Assembly: GCA_000708835.1 (NCBI GenBank)
Contig: DF237618.1
Location: 1 to 45,252 of the forward strand
Direction: 5' to 3'
Source of the DNA: Klebsormidium nitens
Taxonomy: Eukaryota > Plantae > Klebsormidiophyceae
DNA length: 45,252 bases
Shown here: positions 1 to 10,852 of the stretch, piece by piece
How the letters are laid out: every line of letters begins with the position of its first letter
How positions within the stretch are numbered: the first letter of the stretch is position 1
Notes under the pieces: model-generated
Database searches by the model: none
Told to the model about the DNA's origin: nothing
The model's input: the letters and a program-made list of their open reading frames with translations, nothing else
Position numbers and translations under genes: made by a program

Positions 1-422
1 ATTCCTGCCATTTAGACGACAGGACACTCGGTTAGCGTAACTGTGCGATAACGACGTTAGCCTTAACCAGAGTAATCGTCACATAGTCGCAGACCGCGAC
101 TGTCGACATTATAGCGACAACTAAACAACCTGACTATGTAGCTCTGTGACTTGACTAACTTTTTAAGCTTCCCTCTCTATATAAAATCGGCAGGTTGCTT
201 GAAAAGAGCGGTAATCTGTTTCGTCTAATAGATACGGAGTGTATCTGACCCATTTGGCTGCGCGAAGCCAAGCTTACGCCAAGCTTTGGCGGCCCGTTTC
301 TAGTACGCCTCGATGCTCGGACGGTTCAATCCGGAGCAGCCGTCCGGGCGGACGGTCGGCACCGTTCCATCCATAGCTGGCGGCGCGAATGCCAAGGAAT
401 TTTCGAAGAGGTGAAGGGCGAC

Positions 423-461
423 TTTTATTTATTTCTCAGTCTTTTTATTTATTTCTCAGTC
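423..461. repeat. Two-copy 20-bp tandem duplication; reads as AATAAA clusters on the minus strand
   Basis: TTTTATTTATTTCTCAGTC at 423-441 and 443-461. Confidence 0.9.
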
Positions 462-1480
462 AAAGAGCAGACGGCGCGGCCCAGAGATTGGTGCCTTACG
501 AAATGCAAGATAAGTAGCAGAGGAGAAGTGCGCATGTCACGAATGGTACGTGGAACTGTAAGTGCATGGTTGACCGTACACTAACGGCGGCACAGCCGCG
601 CGCACTTAGCGTCGCCGTTGCGCCTGTGCACTAGTCTAGTTGTAGGCGGCGCTCAATTGGCATGCGACGAGAATGGGTTTGGAAGGAGAAGGGCGAGATC
701 AATAAACACGTATGCTATAATTGACATGCGCGTATAAGCTCGTGTGTCTATCACCGTCCCTACTGCAAGCGGCCGGCCTTCGTCGCACACTCCCTCAATA
801 GCTCAAGACGATATGAATGGCGACATTAGTACCAATAACCCTCAGCGTTGCACCTGCGCCCCTAGCGGTGTGTTAAGATACAACCATCATGTTGGATTCA
901 CCTGATTGCACCGTATGTCATCCTTTTTCTTGCCATTTTTGGGCAAAGAAGACAAGTGATTCAAGACCATAGCAGATCTCGGGGTTATGAGCTGCATACA
1001 AAAACATTTCTTGAGAGGCTAACATTTTGAAAAACGTCCTCTCTTACTTGACGCACGAGCCCTCGCAAACCACACACAAAACGTTCTACGTGCATCTTGA
1101 GAGCAGAGCTGTTGCTCGACTGTTATAATCTTAGCTCGGCTGACTACTAGTCGCTAGCAGCTTTCTGTAAAAATTTACGATCGTAGGTCAACGGTCCAGT
1201 ATAAGGCCCTTGAAGAGCCACGCTAGCTGTAGGAGAAGGGTCCAAACACGAGCTTTCTCTTTCTTTCGGAGAACGTCACCCGAGCTTATTCCGTACACGT
1301 CAAAAACAAACCGCGCGCTCGACCGCGCGCGTTGAACTCTCGACTAGCATTACCAATACTGTTACGCACTCGCTCTCAATCCCATTTCAGGCCTCGTAAA
1401 GCGAAACGAGAGGGGGATCCCCCAATCGCCTCATGACTTGGGAAGTCTCAGGCCCGGTGTGGATGCGCTCGAGCTACTGC

Positions 1481-4400
1481 CTAGACTTGCTTGATGATGT
1501 TGGTGTTGGAGAGAGACTCGAAGGCAGCCGTTCCCTTGATGGTGTACGTGGGCAGGGAGATGTTGCTCGTGAAAAAGTGTTCACACTTGATCTTCTCCTG
1601 AGTGAGCTCCAGTGTGAAATACCCGTTGCTGCGCAGCCGCACGTAGAAAATCAGTAATCCTTGTCACATACGATGCAGATGGACTATGCAGATACAAGGT
1701 CTTCTACTAAAACCTCCTACGAGGACTTTTACGAGGAAAATCTTCCTTCTTTCCTGACCTATCTATTGAGCAATCTCAAGGGCTCTCATACCATCACTCA
1801 CCGGATGCACTTGCCGGCTCGATCCGCTGTTACCTTAGCAACGGATTAAACTGGCCGTATGCAGGTAAGGTGATAAAAAAGGTTTGCCACTCTTGCCTGG
1901 CATTGCCTGGCACTAAGGAGAGGGTTAATATCCTGTCTTCCAGATTCCCGGCCGAAGAAAAAGGTAGAAAACTTGGAAATCCGAAAATCTCACTTTACAT
2001 CGTAGAAAGAGGAAAAGAAGTTTGGAAAGTGCGGAAGAAAATATAAAAATCTGGATGGAGTTGTGAAACTTACTCCTCCGTGTTGACATACTTGTGGTGC
2101 GGGTTGGCGTTAAGGTAACGCTGCTCGACGATGCGGGCCATGGTCGCGTTCCTGCATCAGTGAAGATCGGTTTGCATCGAAAACAGTCGCGGCAAAGGCT
2201 CCATGCATTGCAAACTGCGTCTTTCTGGGACCGGATTTCGGACAATGATCGTACAGATGCTTTCGTCTTCCAGGCGACATGCTGCCAGTGATGGTGCCAA
2301 CGACAAGCTACTTCGAAGTGCGAGTTAGGCGTTTTACTTGAATCGACAGCCCGGTTAGAGCACAACAACGAAGAAAATCTGTTCGAACGTGCATGCCTGA
2401 ACGAGGGAAAAAGCTTTTAAAGGAGCCGCGACATGTTTGAGTGGATGCCTCCGTGACCGATTCATAGCAGGATAGAAGCAAGCACTCCGTCTGTGACGAT
2501 CTCTGTATTAATATTGCTGAGATGTCCTGAAAAGTCTCGTGACGCCAGGGCTACTACATTTTCTGTAGACCGTCGAGGAAGGCGACGACGGGACGAGCAC
2601 CGGAAGGGAACGCGCCTCACGCTTTGTTGGCGGGGGGAGAAGTGATGGCAGTTCCGACGCACTCCACCATAAGCGACCCCGCGCCGGTCGTCTTATTGTA
2701 CGTGCGGCCCCAGGAGTCGTAGGGCATAAGCGGGTTGTCCATAACCCTGGAAGGGTAACGCAGACAAGTAGGTCAGGCGAAGCGCAGAAAAGGGGGTCAC
2801 GGAAGGCGTTAACGAAGGACAGGGGCTGTGTGGTCAATTTCAGAAAAGCTTACTCTTGGGCGAATTGCATTAGTCGCACATATAACCCGAACGTTGCAAA
2901 CTAGCGTGAGTTTGGAAGCACACAAGCCCTCCTCTTGAGTTTTCTCTAGGAAGGCCCAAATCAGCATTGCAAACCGGGATGAGACCACGGGCTGAAGACC
3001 ATCTGGTTTGATGCGGGCTTCATAATAGCCGTTCTCATACTTCATGACTTAAGTTTGAGAGCCAAAGGTGGGCAAACCTGGGCTGCAGAAGCCCTACATA
3101 ATCTCAATTGCCGCCCAAAGCCGGCGCTTGCATTTCGAACAATGTCGAATAATTCAGGTACGTAGGGTGACCGACTGCAACAAATAAACTTGGTGTGTTA
3201 CGTCCATTCGGCTGGGATGGGTCGTACCGGAAAGAATTCAGTAGGAGCCATGTGCTGCTTACCAGGCGCTGTGAACGTCCCCGGTAACCGCCACCGTGTT
3301 GTTGATGTCGTTGGTCCAGAGGTGCTCCAGGATCCGGAAACGGCTCTCTGGAAAATGCGAGTGGCTTAGCTTTAGTAAGGCTGACCTTCGACTTTCGGGA
3401 CACTGGCTGCCAAAACTTAGTCGCGACTGAAGTGCAAGGGTAGTAAGCTGGGTCGCAGGGTCGACTGCATTTAGCGGACGAGGAACGAAAAAGTTGTGCG
3501 ACAATCCTCGAAATTTCCGTAAGCACTGGGCAGCCAGCTAGGATCAAAAGCTCAGGGCTTTTTGGAATCAATCCTTTCGAAATCGTCCACGAGAACAAAA
3601 CTCTGGCTTCTTCGGTGACAGGATTTCGCGGTTATGACTAACCAAAGTCGATTTCCCACTTGTCAACGGAGCCAATCACGTCGGTACTGGGCGCCTGTAA
3701 GGAGCCGTCTGAATAAAGATCTCGCGGATTTCGATACCCTACTCAAACTTTGCCGACTCTACTCAAGCTTTGCCGACTTTCTCAAACAAAGCGAAACCCT
3801 GCTTTCGTCCGGCATAGGATTCCAGGGCTAAGACTAACCAGGGTAGCCCTCCCACTTGTCGACGGAGCCGATGACGGTGTTGGGCGCCTGGAAGGAGCCG
3901 AGCCAGCGCGGCGCAATGGGGACCTGGTTGCCCAGCACGCGCCACTTTTGGGCGCCCTTGCTCGCGCTCAAACGCTCCTTGATGAAACCCTCCTGGGCAT
4001 CGCCCAAGATGCTCCTGGAAAGAGCGGGGCGCGAAGGTGCTCAAAGAAGTTCTAAATCATCGAAAGGTGTAACTTGGGAGAGAAACGTGGCTCGCAAGTT
4101 CCTTCAAGGGGTCCTCTCGAAAGTTTCCAAGCTGCTCAAACGAGGGCGGGCTAGAATTGGGTCGAATATGAACCCTGTCAAAGCTCACAAATGAAGCTGA
4201 TCAGGCAAAGGAGTCTTCGAGCTTTTTTGTGGAAACAGGAGACGGAAAAACAAACGTTCGATTGGGAAACGACCGCTGAAAGACAAGGCCCAGATTAGGA
4301 CCTCTTGGAAGCCCGATTGACGGATGTCATCTATATACACATGCTCTAGGTTTCTGGCAGATTGGGATCCTCAAGCTCGTAGTCATTCGAGAAAGCTTCG

Positions 4401-7400
4401 AACTCGGCGTCCTTATTACAAATGCGGGCACCTGTTCAACTCACACCGTTCTCCGACCAGGTTATTTCAACCCACCTGGTGCGGTTGTAGATGGCCTTCC
4501 AGTCCGTGGAGTTGGCCTGCTCGTCCCGACCGATGACGCGCGTGTCGAGCATGATGATCTCAGCCAAATTGCCCACCGAGAACGACCGGTAGATGCGGTC
4601 CTCGGGGCCCATTCTCACCGGACGGATGGGGATCCACTCAAAGTACGCGCGCACAGCGGTCGCGCGGCGCTGCATACAAGAGAAGGGGGTTAGGTGAAGT
4701 TAAGCTGGTCTGGTTGAGCGGGTTTGAGAAGGAAGTTAGGAAGGGTTAAGCTTCAAGCCGAACGCCTTCCGAATTGGTAGAAATTCTAACAGACTATACG
4801 AGCCAGCGGTCGCCCGGCGTTGCAGACACCTGAAGAGAAAAGGCGCTTAGGCTCAGGTTAGCTTCGTTAGAATCTTGGATTGAGGGGAGAGATGAACGGT
4901 GGTAAGGCACTGTGGGCGATGGGAAAGCCCTCTCAAAGTATGCGCACACGGAGGTCGCGCGGCGCTGCAGACAAAAGCCAAGCAGGGATGCTTTTTCTTT
5001 TCTATAATGTGTGAAATAGCAAAGTCCCGCCACTGTACCGGGAACTTCTAGAGCAGCTCGCGCGCGTGGACTTACGGTGTACCAGGGGCCTTCGCCCTGA
5101 TCGGGGTCGTGGTTTTCTGCCCCGCCGTACCAGGCGTCATTGGTCAGCTCGTGGTCGTCCCACACCAGGATCCACGGCACGTTCTTGGTGGCCGCCTGGA
5201 GGTCCACGTCAGCACGGTACGTGGCGTGACGCAGCCTGCAGTCAGCAGCGACACGTGTCACTCGGAAGCAAAGAGCAGCACTCTGAAAGCCGCCGTGCTG
5301 TTCAAGAGAAGCCGTTCTGGGGCGACCGCCTTATGAAGCGAACGATTCAGTGGAATCAAGCCAGAAGCTGGAAGCAATAGAAGTAGAATACTCGAAGCGA
5401 CCGGTATCTACATAGAATGCTAGGACATGCACAATCTCCAAATCAGGGAGGTGAGTTGGTCGTGCTCGGGAGTTTTACTTGATTATGTCAACGGATTAAG
5501 GCGCAAGGTTTGCAGAGAATATCCCCTCAAAGAATTGCCGTTAACTGAGGATCTCGGCTAGATGTTGAAGTCGAAAGAAACATAACGACATGGATGCGGG
5601 AGATCTATCCAATGTTCAATTTCTTCTGCGACTAAAACCAAAGCTACGCTGACGGAACCAGCAACTGAGCCGATTGCAGCCCGCCCTCGCTACACAACCG
5701 ATTGATGGCGGACTATCTTCCTCCAATGGTGGCAGAATTCATTTGTAAGGGGCTGCCAAATGTTTGCAGACTACACAATACGGCCGTGAGCTCACCTGTA
5801 GTCGCTCAGCGTCACCATCTCCTTGTCGGGAAGCGGGATGCGAGGCGGGTTGAACACGCTTCCATCGCCGTACTCCTTGTTAGCGTACTCGTAGATGTAG
5901 TCGCCTGAACATGTATTAAAGGAATCGTTCAGGATACGCGTCTTGGTTCAATTACTAGATTTTCTCCCGGCCGAAGGCTTGTTCGCATAGTCAAAGTCGC
6001 CTAAACGCATATTAGGAGAGCCGTTCAGGAAATGAAATCATTTTGCTGATAAGACTTTGTTTTCTGCTTGAAGCCTGGTTGAGCTGCCCTCGAAAAGAAA
6101 CTTGTCGAGAGCGGATCATACGGAGTGCGAGAAGACGTCCATTTCGATGCGGAATGTAATGGCAGCAGACCCGAAGAAAGAGAGGATAAGACCGATGTAC
6201 TTGAATGGCTCAGTACTACAATCTAAAGTAAGATAAATGTACCGTAGACTTAGCCCCGCTCAGCGTGAGATGTGATCTCAAGCATTTGCCGGTATCTCAC
6301 GTTCGTTCCTGCCTTCCTGCGTTACCGTCCATTATTACAGGCTTGGAATGACAGCTGGCATGACGCGAAGTGGCCTTCGATAGCGCGGCGAGATCACACC
6401 TAAATCCTGAGCCTCGAAAACCTTCGACTCCAATTCCTAGAAACTCACAGACGTGGAATCGAATGCCACGTCGACGTCGAGGTCACTTCGCTTGGATGCG
6501 TGGTTGTACCCAGGAGAGAACCCTCCAATGACAGAATTCCACATCTTCGCAAAACCGCACGCTTGACACCTGAAAGTTAACCCTAGCATTATAACCCAAA
6601 AACTATTGCTCACCGACGTGGAGTGCGAGGTCGAGGTCGGTCCTCTTGGATGCGTGGTTGTAGCCATGGAAGTAGCCCTGGGGCAGGTTGGAGCATGAAA
6701 AGACGGCGATCTTGAAGTTGGACACGTTGGCGCCCTTAGCGGGGAGGGTCTTGGTGCGGCCTGCACAAAGATGATGCTTTTCAGCTGGGATACTTTCTAA
6801 GCTTCTATGGTATGTATTACCAGACTCATTAGCCTTCCTTAGGCGCTTTCAGAATCGACGACAAGCAGCCAACAGCTCAAAATGGCAGTTGGGTTCCACC
6901 CGTAGCAAGAAGTTTCCGACCATCTTGTCTGCTGTGATTGTTGAAGCAGACGTGACCTTTCATTTCCTGTCAGCTTCCGCCCTTACGACAGTCCAACCCC
7001 GTTCGCTCACAACGTTTGTGGCTTGCTTTCGAATCAAACAAGGTACTTAGCGTGCCGTCAGAGCGCTGGAAATCTGAAGAAAGAATATTACCAGGAAAAG
7101 AAATGATAACCTTGTCTGCCCCTTACCAACTCCGCTGCCGACGCCCCCGCTGAGGAACTGGTAGTAGTAGGTCGTGGCGGGCAGCAGGGCGGACACGTCG
7201 ACCTTGAGCGTGAAGTCGACGTCAGCGTTGGTGTAGATGATCCCCTTGGAGGCGATCTTGGTGAAGCCCGCGTCGAGAGCCACCTCGTACAGCACCTGCG
7301 GACGGGGAAGCAGAGAGAGAGCTGGTTTCGGACGCTTCTGTTGTACGTGGACACTTTCAGACACGTTTGGACGCTCTCAGGTAACTTTGGATTCTTTCGG

Positions 7401-9488
7401 AATGTTTCGAGAGCCACCTCGTACAGTACCTGCGGACGGGGAGGCAAAGTGGGAGCTGTTTCCAGACGCTTCAGGTCCGTATACACTTTCGGACACGTTT
7501 GGAGGCTCTCAAACGAGCTCGGATGCTTCCAAGCTGTTTCGAGAGCCACCTCATACAGCACCTGCGGAAGGGACAGCAAATCTAGAGCTGGGTCCGGACA
7601 CGTTTGGTTGAACGCTTCTGCACGCTTCGGACCTCCAGCCACCGTAAGGCGCGTCCGAATCGTGATTGATCAGAATGGGACCCTTTCGACTTTGTCGGAG
7701 CTTTCTGCAGCCAATCTTAGCACTCTCAGGGACTATTACTCCATCTGTCAAGCTTCTCAAAACTTTAATTTAGCTTTGGACGCTTTAAGACGCTATTGGA
7801 GAGTGTCGGAGAAATGCAGATCGAACGTTTGCAAAAGCCTAAGGTAGCTCTTGAGCTCTGAAAGGTCTCGAATCTACTATCTGCCCTGCAGACAACTGGC
7901 TGCTTCTTCGGTTTGGTTTTTGGAAGAATGTAATGCCCCCTCTCTTTGTTCGCCGACAGCTGACGGGTTTTGTCTATATGGCCAGCCTACATGGAGTTTC
8001 GAAAGCTCCCCTTAGAAAGTACTCAACCATCGAGTAAGACTACTCAAAACTCTTGTTATATGACGCGATTTGATCCACATTATGACATTTTTTGAAGCGT
8101 GCAATCGCACTTGCGAACTGTGGGACAAATCAAGTGCCCACCTCAATGCTCTTGCCCTCAGCGGTCGGGTCGTCGGGCGTCACACGTGACCAGATGATGA
8201 CGCCATTCTCCAGGGGATCCCCGCTGGCCACGCCGTGCTTAAAGGAACGGCCGCCCGAGTAGACCTGAGGCGCCTGGAGCAGCCGGCGCCCCGCACTGCA
8301 GGAAAAGCAGAGACAGGGTCAGAGAAGGGTTAACAGGTATCCCTTTGACAAGCAAGTTTGACTGACGTTGTTCAGGGGAAAAATCTATGAGAAAGATCTT
8401 CATGCTTGATAGACTTGAAGATGGAAACGGTTCAATTTGAGGCGCCTAGAGCATCCGGCAACCCGCGCTGCAGGGAATGGAGAGACAGGGACTGGGTCAG
8501 AAACTTCTCAAATGAAACGTCTCCTGATGGGCATATTTGACTGCATTTGTGCAAAGGTTCAGAGAATCTCTGAAGGAGATCTGCTGAGAAGAAAGCTTGA
8601 CTGACGTTGTACCTTTACGGGGTTGTCCTTATTGGTGGAGAGTGGGGTCAAAACAATAGTTTGTTTGATTGATTCGACTATGCCTCCTTGTCAGAACAAA
8701 ACAGCGCACCACCACAACTGATGCATCAAATGAGATTGGGGGGGCTCATCGTCAACCAAAGCTGGTTGAACGTGTACCCATTTTTAAAAGGACTCTGCAA
8801 CAGTCTGGTGAATACATTCACGAGCTTCTCACTTTGAAAGCTTGTCAAGCCAGTGCGTGCATTGATACAGGAACCATTGAGGCAGCTCAGCCTGAGCTGC
8901 GCAAAGAGTGGTGAGTCCAGATTGACTCAGCACAGAAAGCATCTGCCCTCTCCTCAGTCTGCTGGAAGAGATGGATGTTAATTGCGCTGCATTGAAAAAC
9001 GCTTTGAAAGACTGCTTCCCGAAGCCTTGACATCTAGATTGGATCACAAATCCTCAGGCTGATGAAGTGAACTGAAGCTGTTAATGGACTCTTAGAAGCA
9101 TGGAAGGCTGAAAGAGGCAAGCTCGAGAGCAGAATTGACCTAGCTTCGGCTGGAGAAACGCAAATTGTCTTGAGAGAAAACTGAATTCAGGCAGAGCCCC
9201 AACGCACTTCTAGAAGCAAGTTGAATGCAGGGCACCAGCTATCACAAATCTGGCAGGAACCTAACTGACTTAGCCCTGGCAAAGTTGGAACATCAAATCC
9301 CCAGATGCTGAAACTCACCCTGAAGGCTGCAGGTTCTCAAGCCCCATATGAGGAACATTCTCGATGGGCGAGCGGTAGTTGACGTTCTCAGCGGTCTTGA
9401 TCACTGCAGATGCGCCCGCCGCCGCTGCATCTTGGAAGAAGACAGCACCGATCAGCGCAAGCACCGCCAGCTGCTTGAGGGGCGCCAT
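1481..9488 (-). CDS. phoD: Secreted PhoD-family alkaline phosphatase D, 12 exons, 571 aa
   Basis: Exons in transcript order: 9488-9319, 8295-8142, 7295-7127, 6760-6614, 5904-5796, 5235-5076, 4669-4476, 4014-3839, 3347-3263, 2746-2621, 2151-2074, 1628-1481. All introns are GT-AG with matching phases; total 1716 nt including TAG. Translation carries PhoD motifs FKHGVASGDP, FSCSN, HVGDYIYE, WDDHELTND, MLDTR, DKWEGYP, TGDVHSAW and NPHHKYVNTEDNGY, plus a hydrophobic N-terminal signal (MAPLKQLAVLALIGAVFFQDAAAA). Confidence 0.93.
3739..3787. repeat. 20-bp tandem repeat (about 2.4 copies) in a PhoD intron
   Basis: CTACTCAA(A/G)CTTTGCCGACT twice, plus a partial third copy. Confidence 0.85.
4640..4975 (-). 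repeat. ~147-bp degenerate repeat duplicating the PhoD exon-7 acceptor and exon head
   Basis: Real TGCAG|CGCCGCGCGACCGCT starts at 4669. Copies: CTGCAA CGCCGGGCGACCGCT at 4819 and CTGCAG|CGCCGCGCGACCTCCGTGTGCGCATACTTTGAG at 4964. Confidence 0.85.
6444..6663 (-). repeat. Duplicated PhoD exon-4 3' end and donor site
   Basis: 18-nt identical block at 6491-6508 and 6645-6662. The copy reads GYNHASKRSDLDV... versus real GYNHASKRTDLDL and ends in CCACGTCT|GTGAG (6448) versus CCACGTCG|GTGAG (6613). Confidence 0.8.
7272..7640 (-). repeat. ~133-bp tandem repeat (about 3 units) containing the PhoD exon-3 acceptor and first 8 codons
   Basis: (C/T)CCGCAG|GT(G/A)CTGTA(C/T)GAGGTGGCTCTCGA has its exon-like start at 7295 (real), 7429 and 7561. 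The intronic motif GACACGTTTGG also recurs at about 7360, 7490 and 7597. Confidence 0.9.
8270..8495 (-). repeat. Duplicated PhoD exon-2 acceptor and exon head (offset 172 bp)
   Basis: Real CCTGCAG|TGCGGGGCGCCGGCTGCTCCAGGCGCCTCAG at 8295 versus CCTGCAG|CGCGGGTTGCCGGATGCTCTAGGCGCCTCAA at 8467. The adjacent intronic GAGACAGGG is also shared. Confidence 0.8.
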
Positions 9489-10232
9489 TGTCCCTTGCTT
9501 TTGCGAATTGGTGCAATGCTGTCAAGGATAGATGTGCGCGAAGGTTGCAGCTTTTGATCGCTTATGTACTGTCTGGGCAGGGAGCTGGGATTGCATCTCA
9601 TTTGGCACACTCTACATAGCTGGTAAGTCATCCCTAGCTCCATTAGGACGGCAGATTCTCAGCCGAATCTTTCTGCGTGATCATGAGTGCGGGAAGCATA
9701 CGAGATCGAAAGTAGCACCACCGTTTGTGGTGTCTACCTAGGTAGCACGAAGAGGAGCTGGCACAGCCAGCACCAGCTGAGCATAGGTACCATAGGTAAT
9801 AACCGGTAGAGCTCAGTACAGGTCTACCTAGCCATCTTGCGGCGCATTGATTGGATGCTAGTCACTGACGCAGTGCTGATTCTAGAATCTTGCAACTTGC
9901 AGAGCGCAGGCAATCATGATTTGCGCAGCCCCGTTGCAGCAGTGAATCTTGGTCGTCGTTATGTCTCTGCAGATAGAAACCGTTGTGCGGCCAGCTCCCA
10001 GCGTGGGGTCACGGCTTTGTCGGAATGCGGTGAAGCAGCGACCGGCTAGAGCAGATGTCGACATGTTGCTGACAGAGCCTTTGTGTGGCTGCATGCATTG
10101 ATGCAAGGCCGGGCATGCAAGCCTCAGGCAGCAGCAGGCTGCAGGCTGCTCCAAGGAAGCGAGTGGGGGAGGCTGGAGCACGATCGAAGCAAAGTGTGAG
10201 CAAAGCATCATCATGAGTGAGCACTGTGTTTC

Positions 10233-10240
10233 GAATATAC
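10233..10240. promoter_or_regulatory. Candidate P1BS (GNATATNC) phosphate-starvation element upstream of phoD
   Basis: GAATATAC about 750 bp upstream of the phoD ATG. The motif has only 6 fixed positions, so a chance match is likely. Confidence 0.25.
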
Positions 10241-10658
10241 TCTCCGCTCCGGCAGTCCTCAGTCACAGACAAGCAGAATCTGCACGGTCCGTTCGCACCG
10301 AAGCCTTTGCTTCTTTTCCTTTTCAAGAACAGCTTAGCGAATTGAGTAGGAAGCCATCTAGTGCGCATTATACTTGCAACAATCTGGTGCAAATGGACCG
10401 GGGCCGAGATTCCAAAGCACACATGTACTGACTGGGACTGCGTTGGGATATGACTCGACTCCGGGCAATGCTCCGGTTGGCAATGCCGTAGGTGTAAAGT
10501 GCCCGGTACGTGTATATAAGGCAGCCGGTTGCCGGCCGGTTCAGCCCGGAACCAGCCAGGAAGATCCAGATTCTGGAATCGGAATCTCGAGCAAGATGCA
10601 GGGGACCGCACCGAAGGTAAACTCTGCGCAATTGGAACCTATATTTGATTTTTTTATC

Positions 10659-10852
10659 CTGGCGCCAGCCAGGATTTTTCCGGTAAATCCTGGCTGGTTT
10701 TGGAAAATCTCCGGTGAAAAGTTGGTTTTCCTGGCTGGAAAATCCAAAACTCCGGGAAAAAGGTCAAATCCTGGCGGGCTGATTGCCCGCTTACGGTCCT
10801 CCCTGGCTGGCCGCCAGGATTTTCCGGTGAATTTTTCCCTGGCTGGCGCCAG
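10659..10852. repeat. Foldback-like array: 15-bp perfect inverted repeats enclosing ~40-bp iterated CCTGGC(T/G)GG / TCCGG(T/G) units
   Basis: CTGGCGCCAGCCAGG (10659-10673) is the exact reverse complement of 10838-10852. CCWGG occurs at 10658, 10669, 10689, 10730, 10770, 10802, 10814 and 10838. Confidence 0.7.

Noticed and set aside
340-352. 13-mer CCGTCCGGGCGGA with an inverted copy at 44865-44877
   Set aside because: Dozens of 13-mer matches are expected by chance in 45 kb, and there is no extended similarity.
1629-1660. Alternative longer last PhoD exon (acceptor near 1660 giving LLIFYVRLRSNGY)
   Set aside because: The phase is incompatible with the preceding exon. The acceptor at 1629 gives the correct NTEDNGY junction.
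7088-7642. 184-aa ORF with repeated QVLYEVALE read as a tandem-repeat protein, or the repeats read as a CRISPR array
   Set aside because: Explained by intronic duplication of the PhoD exon-3 acceptor. Eukaryotic context, no cas genes, and the inter-repeat segments are related to each other rather than unique spacers.
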